Assembly (NCBI GenBank): GCA_009914755.4
Contig: CP068257.2
Coordinates: 36,608,001-36,672,000, forward strand
Reading direction: 5' to 3'
Length of the DNA stretch: 64,000 nucleotides
Source: the human T2T-CHM13v2.0 reference genome, Homo sapiens
Part shown: piece by piece, positions 23,093 through 35,580 of the stretch
Layout of the letters: each line of letters starts with the position of its first letter
Position numbering within the stretch: position 1 is the first letter of the stretch
Made by a program: the position numbers and the translations under genes
Notes under the pieces: model-generated
The model's database searches: none
Seen by the model: the letters and a program-made list of their open reading frames with translations, nothing else
Told to the model about the DNA's origin: nothing

Positions 23093-26000
23093 AATAAAAT
23101 GCTGAAGTTAATAGAATCCTCTGTTACTCTGTATGCCCATATGTTCTTCATGGCCACATGTAAGGTTAGCCTTATGATGAAAGATTGGCATCAGTATTGT
23201 CATTTTTATTTCAGCTTGTGCCTAGGTTACATGTTCTCATATGTTCCCCATAAACATTCACATGGTCCAGTGTGCAACTATGAAAGAAGCTTCCCATCAC
23301 CTGTGCCTCCCAATCTCACCCCACTCACTGCAATCTGAGGAAGAAATCCAACACCAAACAAACACTAGAAAGCACCTTGCTGGCGTGGGCTTCCTGTTAA
23401 CTAAACTAAAATTCCATCTCTAGGACTCAGTGAACTGACAAGTGTTATTGCTTCCAAACTTGGGCTATGTTCACTCCATCCAGGTGCATTTCTACAATTC
23501 AAGTAAACATTTTCACTGTAAACTTATTGCTAGTAAGAGCACACCACATCACAAGGAACAGCAAATAGCAGACATATCTTTGCGCCTTCACACAGCAGCA
23601 CAGAAATTATATCTGGTACTTGATTCAGTGTCAGGTGGTATAAGCACTTCATCAACAAATGAAGAACAGAAGGGGTAACTGAGCAGCGACAAATATTTCG
23701 TTAAGTTCTGTAACCAAGATAAGAGATAGATTCTCACACTTGATTGCTGGGAATACACACATCCTATAAAAGCCAAGAAAGTTAGAAAGTTAACTAAGTG
23801 GCACAAACTTTATAGCTTATCAGTACAATGCAAGGCACTTCAGGAAAACTGGCATGATAAAGCTTGGTTTCCTAGGAACAAGCTAATTAAATTATATTTA
23901 TTCAAGTAATCTAAACTATTTAACTATTCAAGTGGTTGGACAATAAAAGAACTAGAATAAGACTCAGAAAAGCCTAGTACCTACATTGCTCTCCCTGGGA
24001 GGTGCAGCAGCACTTTGAGGGCATGCAAATTGTTTAAGATATTTTAAGGCAGCTCAGGATCTCTGCATACATTCTAGTGAAAACAGCAGATCTTGAAGGA
24101 ACTGGAGTGCACGGCTTCTGTGTCCCACAATTCAAACATGAGAGGAGATGAGAACTCCTGTATTATAAGATGGCTTTGCACATGATTGTTCCTAGAGGTG
24201 AGTTTTCAGGCAAAACAGAGGGAGCTCCCTGTCTGAGTGCAACCAGCAGGAAGAGGACCTTGATGCTGGCCACCTTTGCCCCTCACCATGGAGCTGCATT
24301 CCCTGATGTCTTCTGACAGAACACACGTGGTGCAGGACAATTCCCATGCCTTCCCTTCTCCAAACTGCATAAGGACCCTGGGAGGTAAACTGTTTTTCTC
24401 AGTTCACTAGTGCAAAACCATCTCAGATAAGTCAATCCGCTTGCCTCAGATCATTGAGTTAGTAAGTAGCAGCTCTAGAATTTGAATCTATAGCTAAGAC
24501 CAAACCTACATTTCTCCCTTGCACCCCCAATGGACTTTACTCCTTGCCAGAAAGAAAGAATATAACCATTTAGTGTCCCAAGGCAAGAATTACAGCTTCG
24601 GTTCAATTTTGCTGTTGGTGTCCACACTGTAAAATGAGATTTGACTGGCAAGATAAGACATACCACTGAGCAATTTGAAAAACAAAACATAATGACTTTT
24701 GCCCAAGAGATTGCAATGATTGTTTAAATTGATAACCCAAGTACTCTTTCTGATGTGCGTACTAGGTGATATATGTTATTTACTGATTGATAAATGGTAA
24801 GGCTGCACCTTTAGAATTACTGCTGCCTACTAAGTACACACAGATTTCAGAAGGGAAGTAAGCAGAGGTGAGTTTTCAGTCATAACTCAACTATCACTCT
24901 GAGTTAGGGTGACCACAATGGCAAACCAAAGCCAGTGGAACAGAATGGATGACAGATAGGAAATATTCTCCAGCATGTGATCAGGAATAAATGCATGGAG
25001 GTGAAACAACTCCAGGAATTTTTCTTAATGAAGAAGTAAAGAAAACACAGTCACTGCATGTCTAGTCTGTATAGGTGTGGTCAAACACCAAGGAAACTAA
25101 AGACTGTATGTTTGACTTTAATTTCAGAAGCCTGACTTTGGCTCAGTCATAATTCTCTAGCTTTTATTCTTCAGGTCAGACAGTCAAGGAGAAGAAAAAT
25201 AAGAAAAACCAGTACCCTATTATTAGGCATTCTTTATCATCTCTTTTTCAGCTGGAGTCTCCATCATCTCTACGTGCACATTTGATAAGCTGAAGTGCAA
25301 TGATAGAATAAGATGATCTTGGACAGCTTTCTCTTTGAATTCATTTTTAGCTTAATGTATTTGTTGTGGCTTCTCTAGGAAATGTTTGCTGAATTAGCCC
25401 CTGTGCATTGCTAGGGCTGATAAGGAATAGTCAAGAGTTTGAGTTCACAACACCCTCTTTCTATACTCCTGCTAGTCCTTCAGTGTGAAGTCCCTTAGAT
25501 TTTTATGACAACTGGGCTGAGATCTTTCACTTTACGTAACTTAGCCAATTCGCATTGCTCAGTTTTTCCACAATAACTAGAATATTTGGCAAAAGGGCAC
25601 AATTTTGCAATGGGAAAGCTCCCAAAGTGAAAAACCTAGTTGTTTACCCAGTTCTGCTAATAATAAATACCCAAGATGAGACCTGGGACTTCTCCTAGGC
25701 CCTCTTGCATTGATGCCAGGTAGAAGGAGGGGTATTAGTGCAGAATCAGGGTTTGAATGACATTCTTCTCTGTGGATATTAGAGGGATAAACTGTATGGA
25801 TTGATAGGGAGGTGGTTCAGTATGTTACAAATGAGGACGTTATAGCCTAATAATATCACTACATGCTGGAGCAAATAAAGGGCCATAAAACATGCAGTGT
25901 GTACCCAGCTAGCTCTTCCAGAGGCCAAGAACTAAACTTGGAAAAGGGTGAAAGGGGCCTGATCTATGCTCAGGAATTGAAATGTCATAGCAAGAAATAT

Positions 26001-29000
26001 CAGTACAGAAGAGATCTGGAGGTTCACATGCTTCAGACAGTTTGATGGAACTTGGTGATGAAGGACGTGCCGGAATACAGCAGGTAGAATCAAACACCTG
26101 GCCTGTCCATTGATATTGCCAACTTGAAAGACAGATATCCCATTGGCTTGGTGATTTGTTTTTAAAGCTGAAATGTGTGATTGATCATCAGTCAAGCACC
26201 AATTGACCAATTGCTAAAATATGAAAATGGAAGGAAATGTAGAATGAATCACTACTTTTGTCTTCTCCAGTTGATCTTTGAAATTATTCAGGGTGATAAT
26301 CGCATTTTCTGTAATATTCTATTTCAAATATTGTAAAGTGGGTCTTGGAGTGTTGGGTTCAAAGTCAGTCTGTTGTAGGTAAGACGTGTCTGGCCATCTG
26401 GTAGAGATAGGGTCCACGGCACACATACCTCACAGTCTGGCCTAGGAGCCTCCCTGTACAGTTGATTCAGAGTTAAACCACAATAAGACAACAATAGAAG
26501 AGGTGGGGGGTAATACAAGCCAGCATGCCACACATTGATGAATGATCCGGCGAGGCTTTCAAAGCAAGGCGGGATTACTCTGGTTGCAGTGGGCTGGAGA
26601 AGGTAACTGTACTTAGCAGATATTGCTTTTCTATTTGCCAGCCCACACTGTCAACAGTGGAAAACAGTCATTATCATATCCCTTCTTTGACGGGAATTGC
26701 CACAAAATAGTTCACTTGGTAAAAGCCTGTCTGAGGTGAACCAGGAACAAACGGTGTGTATTTAACATGTGGTGTAAGGTTGCACCAACAATAAAGGAAT
26801 AAAGTTCAATTTGAATAAGGCAAGAGGAAACCGGATCACCGTTGGGTTCATGTCAGTGGTTGTTTCACAGTTTCTCAATTCTGAAGCCATGCTGCTGATA
26901 GGGACCTAGAATCACCAACTAACTCCAGTAGAAGTTTAAAGGACACTTCCATACGGAGCCCCTATAGAGAGAGGCGGGCACTTCATGCACCCAACTTTTA
27001 AGTATATACATTCCCACCTGACAAAGTTAGATTTTACAGATGCCGTGGCAAATGTGCACTCAGTGCTAACAAATTAGGATATCAGGCCTGTATTAATGCT
27101 TTCATTTTCCAATTATTTTTTATTGCATTTAACAGCTGACTTCAAAAGAGCTGAGGACACACAGAGGAATAGCGTGACCCATCATCGCAATTTGCCAGCG
27201 AGTAGGGGATTTCTTAGGATGTGGGACTTTAAGTGTTAAAAACCAGGGCAGTCAGTGGAAAATCAGGATTATTGGTCACCTTACAAAGGAATGACTTGGA
27301 GGTAACATTTTTATTAAGTAAGTTTTGCATTTTTGGATAATTTTTGAACCATCTCATTTAAGAAGAATGTGGATAAAATAGCTTCCATGTCTTCCTGAGG
27401 AGGAACGCTTTGTGTTGAGGATGGTGGGTGGTGGGAAGATGGGGAAGCCTCCAGTGGGAGGCTAGAGGTTGCTTTCAGCTCCATTTACTTCTCCCAAGGG
27501 AAAGCTAAAGGACAAGGGGAGACAGGCGATTCTATAACCAAAGCCATTTTTCTTGTGATTTCTTGCTGTCTAAACTCCATGAGGCTAAGGCTAGAGTTAC
27601 ATTGCTAAACTGTCCCAGAGATCAGATCACTTGGCTCTTTTAATCTTTACTTAAATAATCTTTAATTATTTGCTCTTCATTTTTCCTGGAATGTCAACAA
27701 CCCTACTTTGTCTCCACCTATGGAAATCTTGTGGGCTGCACTCAATTGTTCCCACCTCTGGAAGGCTACCTTCAAACTCCCAGGTAGAGTAAATTCCCCT
27801 TCCTGTGGGCTTCTAGAATATTATGGTCCTATAACACTTATCACACAATATCATGGTTAGCTATTTGTCCATCTTTCTGCTGAACTATAATTTACTCCAG
27901 TTTAGGAACTGGAGGGTCTTTGGAACTCAGCAAAAAGAAGACATCTGATTTAGTTACTAATCAAACTAAATTGACATGATACCAATAACAAAGGTTTCTA
28001 TTAGTAACAAGAAAGCCCTGCTAGGATTCTCCTGGCATTTTGAGGAAAAGACTATATGCATAATAAAATCTCGTGCATCTTAAATGGAATTCCACATTTT
28101 AGTGCTGAAATTCACGATTTTATTTTAATTGGGAAACTGACAAAGTGGAGGAGGATGGGAATATTGAGGGATTGAGGAGCAATGATTAGGGGTAGTAATA
28201 GCACCTGCACCATGGATTGCAAAGCATTCTATCACTCACAGGATTAACCATCATAGCCAGTGCTGCTGGGAGTCTTCCCCAAGCCCTGTGAATGTTCTGC
28301 ACTGCTTCTGAGAGCCCATTCCTGTGCTTCTCTGTGTGTATTAATTTTAACAGCCTGCTGCCCCTACCACCATCTTCATAAGATTGCCCTTGGGCTATGG
28401 GAGCCACTTCCATTTCCATTGCAGATGCAGGAAGCCAGAGCCCTTGGGAAATTGCATGCTCCCATCACCCTTTCTACTCTCAGTCAAAGACTGATGGGCA
28501 GCATCATGAAAGCCCAGCTCTCTTACCTAGGATGCTATTTTCACTCCAGAACTCCCTCCCCAGGATTAGGCAGGGACTGGGTCTTGTCCTTGTCCTAAAA
28601 TTGTACCCTGGCTTCTTCCCTTCCTGACTTGCTTTCCCCACACCACTTTGGGTTCCTCCTGGGAGTACTACTTTAATAAATTGCCTGCGCATTTTTGTCT
28701 CAACGTCTATTTCCATATAATCTACCTCCAGACAAGATTTTAATTTTGTGGCTTCCCAGGACAAGCTTCTTGCTAGAAAGACCCAAAGGCAAGTAGGTCC
28801 TCACCTCTGGCCTGTGAGGTCTGGAAATGGGTACACATTATGCTCCAAGACTCACCTATATTCCAAGGAATCATTTTCAATGCCTCTAGGATAAGGATGG
28901 TGAGAACAAACTGGAGACAGCTGGCCATATCATGATGCACCTGTGGAGGGCTCTTTAAGCTGCTAGATTCATGGAAGATTCTGAGGAAGTTTTAAGAACT

Positions 29001-30119
29001 GTTGTAAGCTTCCATAAATAGCTCCATATCTAACCCAACTTAAATAGAATTTATTCCAAGGTAAAAATATTTTTTCCCTCTCATCACACTTTAAGGTTTT
29101 TTATGTCTTGATTCAAGCCAAGATGAGGATTGGAAACATTATAGCATTTTTTTTTCTTTTTTGGAAATTATTCTTGGGAAACAGTTCTCTTGAAAAATTT
29201 GGTTCTTGTGAACTCTTCTGCCCAGTATTCAGATGTCATTTCAGATCTTCATAGAAAAATCCAGACTTCTATGTATTTTCTATGCAAATTTGACACAACT
29301 AAGAGTCTTTCCGTTAACTGTGGAGGTGGGGGTTGGGGAGCAGAAAGAAGTAAACACAACTTACTGAATAGTCATTTATATTTGTTTTTATCTTCGGCTA
29401 AAAGGTCAGTAAAATTAACCATGTTCAATTATGAAATGATTAGCTATGTTATTTCATGTAATCTTATACACTAGATTTCCCACTTTACTCCTTAGAACCA
29501 GAATTGTGAAACAAATTTTACTCATTGGATGAGAGAGAGATTGCATGGCAGAAAATATTATTTTGTCAGGATTAACAGTTTGTCCTATTTCCCTTAGTTA
29601 GTTTCAGAAATTTCCAGAAATACTTAGATCATTCAGTTGTTAAAGCATGCTTAACAAAGCCTGGCCTCTATGACAGAAGTCACATAGACGCGCATTTTAG
29701 AATTTCCCCACTCACCTCTCAACCCTGCAGTCATACATTTATAATGTCTCATCTCCTTTGGTAAACTGTCAGATCTGCAGCCTCAAAATCTAATTGTTGA
29801 CATATCACCAAATGAAAAGTAACAAAAACAGGTAAACATCACCAAAATGAAGAACATTGTCTTAGCATTTAAACTTTAAAATGTATTTCTACTACTCTGG
29901 ACTCATTTTTTCCTTCCATCATCTTTAAAATTGTTATAAATGAGTATCTGCTCCACTGTGTATGGTCCTGCAAGAACTAAAACTTCCCAGAGTATTAAAC
30001 TGTGGTTAAAATTCATGCAGTATGTAACTCGATGCTGAGAAGAAGCTACATATGCATATGTATGCTCAAAATATAAGAATTTAAGAAAAATGTACGATAA
30101 TGAAAAATGCATGGATTGA

Positions 30120-30250
30120 AAGTGAAAAGAGCTGTTTTGAGCTTCAATTCATCGCTCTGTAGCTGTGTGACTTTGCACAAATCACTTATCTTCTTTGGCT
30201 TCCATCTCCTTGCCCTTAAAATACAACTAATCATGCCTACATTTTGATCT
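30120..30250 (+). mobile_element. MIR SINE fragment
   Basis: '…ctgtagctgtgtgactttgcacaaatcacttatcttctttggcttccatctccttgcccttaaaat…' matches the MIR core. Confidence 0.7.
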
Positions 30251-32293
30251 GAGCATGGACTTAACAACATTTCTGGCAGTGTTTTACAAATTGAAAAAAA
30301 GGTGTTCAAATGTTAGTTTATTAAGTAAAGCTTAGGCTGGAAATACAGATTAAATATAAGGAGATAATTAAAGTTCCACGGTAACAAATCATGTCTTCCA
30401 TATGTAATCTTTTGTCAACCCACTTGACAAATATGCATATTTTTTGAGGGACTATGATGTGCCAGATATTGCTGGAAAGATGTTTGGTGAATAAGACAGG
30501 TACCATTGAGCTCTAGACTGGAACACAGATGGTAAATGGAAAAGCTTGAGGGCAACTTCAGACAGTGATAAGTGAGATACACAACAAAAGGAGTCTTGGG
30601 GCACGGACTTGGATCAGGACCAGATCAGATAAGGACCTCCCAGAGGAGGTGCCATTCAGGCTAGGACCTGAACAATGAGTCAGCTCAGTGAATGAAGGCC
30701 AGAGGGGACCATTCCAGGCCGAGGAAACAGCCCCTGCAAATCATCCCACCTGAGCAGCTGGTATATACTCAGATCCTTTAATTCTCAGTTTTCCCTCTTT
30801 CATCGTTCTGCACCTCTGTGCTTACCTGTTTTCTATGGGACTTTTAGCATATCCTCGCGGGAGGTCTATCTGATTCTAGACTCCGGGAGTACCAGCTCTA
30901 AGAAGTCCAAATCTCGTGTAGCTTCTTCATCCTCCTGCCCTGAACCCCTGGGAGCCCAGTGTCTTCTTTCCAGGGCCACCATTTATACTCCCAGGCTGAA
31001 AACGAGTCCCTTGCTTCCAGGGAAAGAAAGAGCAAAAGAGAAGGAGACTGAGGCATACCATCTCCACTGGGAAAACAGAAATGGAATGATTTATGCCCTG
31101 AGCTTTGAGTCAGGAGGGAGAGGGGGGAGAAAATAAGGAAGTCTCAGCCCTTCCTTCCTAAAGACAGAATGACACCCCATCCCTTCCAGCTCCCACTTAG
31201 TTCAAGCACCCAGAACAGCAGCAGCTGCACTTGGGGTGAATTGCGGAGCCCAGTACTCTGGGGAGAGGAAGTATCATTCATTTCCAACAGAAGCAAAGTG
31301 TTCCTCACCCTGTCTGCTCTATGTCAAACCAGATGCCGTGGTCTGGCCCCACCGACATGCCTGGGCAGGGGACGTGTGGGTATATCATCGTCTCCCATGG
31401 GAAACAGACCGTTTGCGTCTCTTGGCATTGCCTTTGGACCAGTGTAGAGGGCTCTCTCTAGGGGAAGTGCTTTTGAAAAACCCATTCCATCTCTTAGGAT
31501 TGACCACGATCCCCATGCAGTCTGGCCGTGAGAAGGCCAGGAGAGCACATGAGCCTTGGACTGGCCTCCCTTGATGTGGTGGCTGCAAGAGTCACTTTGC
31601 ATAGGATGGACATATAACCCCATTCCCGAAAGAAGCTTACTGCCTCTGCTTGCAGAGATCTTCCATTAGAAGCCTTCTTCAAGGATGGAATTCTGACCAT
31701 TTCTCATAAAGATGCCAGACTATGCAAGAATGCTGGAACTCAGATTCCAACATGTATCCCGAAGCCCAATTTCCATGATCCAGAAGAACCAAATTTTGCC
31801 CATGTCTATTCAGCTTATATATGTATATATATATATATAATATTTATCAGGGAAAGCAGGGCAATAGAAAAAAATCAGCTCAATAAAGGGGTTGAGCTAA
31901 AAACATGAGTTTTCCTCTGTGGCATTTTGCTTAGGTATGTTTGACATAGGTATAGTCTGTATGGATTCATTCTGATTCCACCAGGAGGGAAGAGATTTTG
32001 TTAATATTCATTTGGGGAGGAGAGAGGAAAGAGAAAAAGAAAACATGGGATAAAGGAGAGATTGTTAGAAAAGGTAATCTGGTTATTTATTTATAGTTTA
32101 CTTAGCCAAAGGGACCTTAAAATGCTTTGATAAGAATGGCCAAAGTTTCTTCAAAGATTAACTGGCATTCTTTAAAAAGGCATCAGTTTTCTTTTGCACA
32201 GGTGTTTGGAGAGCCCGGACTGGATGCCCACTAGAATCCTGTGCTGGTTTGTAGATTTCCTTAAGACCTTAAGACATGCTGACATCATGGTCT

Positions 32294-32460
32294 CCTTTCT
32301 CAGATTCCTTCTCTCTTTTTCTCTTTCTCTCCCACTCTCTCTCTCTGTCTCTCACTTTCTCTCCTTTCCTCCCTCCCTCCCTCCCTCCCTCCTTCCCTAT
32401 CCCTCCCTCCTCTGCCCAATGTCTCCCAATCTCTTTCCTTTCTCTCTTCAGTTCCTCCAG
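32294..32460. repeat. Polypyrimidine (CT)n/(CCCT)n tract (~170 bp) on the plus strand
   Basis: 'tctcctttctcagattccttctctctttttctctttctctcccactctctctctctgtctctcactttctctcctttcctccctccctccctccctccctcc…'. Confidence 0.95.
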
Positions 32461-32639
32461 GTAATTCTTACTCAAACTTGTACCAACTTGTTTTTGACTG
32501 ACAGTGAACAGTGAGAGAGTTTTCTTCATTTTGAGGAACCCTAAACACCTATCTTTCCCAAGGCAACCTGTCTGGACTGAGCATTTCTCTGACTTGACAT
32601 AACTTCCCATCCAGCCAGGAGTCTGCACTCTTCAGTCTT

Positions 32640-33440
32640 TGCAGGTAAGAGGTACACGGCGCTTATGTTAACTCTGGGGCATGTGGCACGCTGGAGGTAT
32701 TTTTGAAAAACTTTACTTCTAAAGGTAATGAAAACGTTGTGATTCTTTTAAAGCTTATTTAAATCATTTAAGACGCCCGTGCTTATCTGGGGGAATTTAC
32801 AAGTGCTGTTTGCATGTGGAAAACGGGATTTTACTTAATGATGGGACAAAAAAAAGTGTTTTATTCTTGCTCGTGAAACAATATCCAGATGTCGTCTTGT
32901 TTGCGGTGGGTGTACGGGGGTCTAGCTTGCGGGACAAGAATTACTCCGACTTCTCTTTGCAAGGGTCTGTCAGAGCAAGTTTGTTGATTTTCAGCGATTA
33001 CATAGTTCTTTGGCTAATTCTGAAGCAGTTACTTTCCTTTGTCAATGGGGAAATCAGTTTAGATTGCCGTAAGGCGAAACCTCGCCGGAATATTTTAAAA
33101 TCTGTTACCTATCCTTTTGAGAAAAGTTATGTAAGTTTTCTGTGGTAGGTGTAAGGAATGTAAACGATCCTGAGTTTGGAAATATTATGAACTTTGTTCA
33201 TGACCCATGATTAATATGTTTTTTAATCTGTGTATAATTTCATGAGAGTTTAGACTATCCTCAGCTAATAAATGTTATACTGGGTGAAATTTCCACATTG
33301 CTCCTGTAACGCCAACGTTTGTCTCCTCTGTACTTCCGCATTTAGTCACTTGAAGGAAATAAGAATTTATTGTTCAATAGACATTTCTTGACCTCATAAT
33401 TTCTTTTAACCCACAGGTTAGAAAACTTACAACGAATGTA
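32640..33440. other. AT-rich yet CpG-undepleted non-repetitive block (CpG observed/expected ~0.7-0.8 by eye) that begins at a consensus 5' splice donor
   Basis: ~24 CpGs in ~800 bp of ~38% GC sequence (e.g. 'acggcgc', 'agacgcccgtg', 'gtcgtcttgtttgcggtgggtgtacggggg…tgcgggac', 'gccgtaaggcgaaacctcgccgg', 'aacgccaacgtt'). Neighbouring non-repeat DNA is strongly CpG-depleted. 'ctcttcagtctttgcag|gtaagaggt' at 32629-32654 is a textbook donor. An A12 run lies at 33537-33550. Confidence 0.5.
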
Positions 33441-34461
33441 GTATTTGACTGTGGAAAACTAAAGACCAAAAATGTGTACCATTAATTCAAATGTTTAGAT
33501 TTATCTTTTTCCCCTTTACCTGTAAGAGGGATTTTGAAAAAAAAAAAATCCAAGTGATTCTTAAAATTCATTTTTTGCAACCTCAAGATCACAAGCACAC
33601 ACTCACACTCATGCACAATCAACTGTTATCCCCAATCCTATCTTCTTTTGTCCTCTTGTGAATGTTTAAACAAATATGAAACAATCGGTAGTAATAGCCT
33701 TAGGTGACAAATTCTCTCCTATTTAAAATTGTCCTAAAAATCAAAAGAAAAGTGTCCCATAAAGCTATAATACATTTTTAAATATCATCATTTTGTGAAA
33801 ACTAAATACAGTATCAGAGACACTTCCAGCCGATTAATTAGGTAAGTAAGCACTTACCTCACACACAGCTTCCCCGGGCGCTGTTCTTTCTTCCCATACC
33901 TTCTAGGGTTTTACTTTTTAGCAGTTTTTCTCCTTCTCTGTTAATATAATAAGTGACCATCCAGGGAATGGCCCAGAGGCCACAAGGCAAGTCTTCCCAA
34001 AATACTGAAGATTAGAAGAGTTTAACCAAATTCCTGGTAGCAGCATGTCAGAAACGCTCATCAAATAACGGAACAGACCTTTCTTCACTGAATTAAATAA
34101 ATGTATAAATAGTCTGGGGGTTTTACAGAAATTGCCTTAGTTGAACTTTGTGATTCTGGTTGCTTAAGGAAAACACATTTTTCTAAAACGTCCTCTCTCC
34201 ATGTTTCCACTCCTTCCTCCCACCAACAGTTGTGGTCATTTTACAGAAAGTCTTATTTCCCCAATTTCCTCTCCTCACACTTCTCACCAGTGCAGACAGC
34301 CAGTGTTTTGGGGGGAAAGAGAGCGAGACCCCAGGCTGCACATGCCAGCAAACCTGAGAAGCCAACAAAAGCAGGTCTCTGGGCTCTTTCCCATAAGGCT
34401 CAGCACAACCTCACTCTGCTTCTGCATCGAGGAAATCTCGAAAGGGCTGTGCTTTCTTGGG

Positions 34462-34501
34462 GCGTGTGTGTGTGTGTGTGTGCGCGTGTGTGTGGTGTGT
34501 G
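34462..34501. repeat. (GT)n microsatellite
   Basis: 'gcgtgtgtgtgtgtgtgtgtgcgcgtgtgtgtggtgtgtg'. Confidence 0.95.
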
Positions 34502-35465
34502 CAATTATATACCTGAATAACAATGACATACTCGTTATAAGAAAACTCACCAATATGTGGCTTTAGGCACGGAATAGAGAGGCAAAGTTATTCGGATTTA
34601 ATCAGTACATGTCAAATCTTTGGAATATCCTTTCCTGTGCAATCCCCTCTCATCTGTTTAGAGACTCAAAGCAGCCCACGAAGTTTTTTGCATACTTTGC
34701 CTCAGAGTCCAGGATTGCTTATGAAATGTATTTGTGTGGTGGATGCGTCAGAGTCTTAGAGCCAACATAAGAGTCCAGAGACTGAGCTGTAAGCATGATA
34801 AAGCTGTCAATGACTGGCCCGTGGGAATGCTTGTTGAAGGCATATACACCTCCCTAATCATTTTCTTCAGTCTTTAATATGTAAGTGATACAGCTACCGT
34901 TATTTTTTTCCCTGCAGCAATTCAAGCATTGCACCCCGGATTAAATCATGTATCTCTAAATATGTTGTTTTAATTCTTTCAAGTAAAAATAATTCCACAC
35001 TGAAAATTGTCAGAAAGCCATTACATGAGTTAATATTAACTTTTATGTCTGCAAAGATGAGTTTGTTGCTTATTCATGGGCAAATACAAGAGGCAAGTCA
35101 GACAGAGGTTATTGTCTACCTTCTCTCTCTTCTGTCCTTTACCTTTATCTCATAAAAGCCACCTCAGGAGTGGGGCTTTTGGTGCAGCTGATGGTGGGAT
35201 AAGGCCGGGGAAGTCTGGATCTAGAACAAAGTGAACCAAGGGTGAGCCTTATTCTATGCCCCTCAAGGATGCAGTGCCCTGGAAGGAGACAGGTCTGACT
35301 GAACACACCTGGCTCAGGTAACTTCCTGGTGCCAGTTTTGCAGACAGGTGAAGGAGCAGTGTGACCCGGTAGTAGCTCCAGAGACAAGCAATCTAAGAAG
35401 TGCTAAATCTTCCCTAAAAGAACACAAGGAGCCTGCTCCTACCTTTAAAAGGAGAACTGAGGGCA

Positions 35466-35580
35466 GAGAGGGAGAGAAACTAAGTTATAATTTATAAATA
35501 AAGGTTTATAAACATTTAGGAAATGCAACTTCTTTCTTGGATCCTTTATTTATAAGTTCTGACTTAGTTTCTCTCCCTCT
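35466..35580. repeat. Near-perfect inverted repeat / hairpin (~37-bp arms, ~38-bp spacer)
   Basis: Left arm: 'gagggagagaaactaagttataatttataaataaagg'. rc(right arm): 'gagggagagaaactaagtcagaacttataaataaagg'. Spacer: 'tttataaacatttaggaaatgcaacttctttcttggatc'. Confidence 0.8.

Noticed and set aside
22454-23157. Three long overlapping minus-strand ORFs (138-194 aa; 'SIHPSIHP…')
   Set aside because: They are pure translation of the (GGAT)n/(ATCC)n array. Low-complexity repeat protein with no start context, so not coding.
31169-31700. Cluster of five overlapping ORFs on both strands (up to 112 aa)
   Set aside because: ORFs are open on several frames of both strands at once, which is typical of a locally GC-rich, stop-poor stretch. 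No recognisable domain and no splice-site framing. Left as unexplained, moderately CpG-containing sequence.
32640-33440. NUMT (nuclear mitochondrial insertion) as explanation for the CpG-rich block
   Set aside because: The strand composition is suggestive, but I cannot match any stretch to human mtDNA sequence I know (12S/16S/D-loop/tRNA motifs absent). Kept only as a hypothesis to test inside the finding, not asserted.
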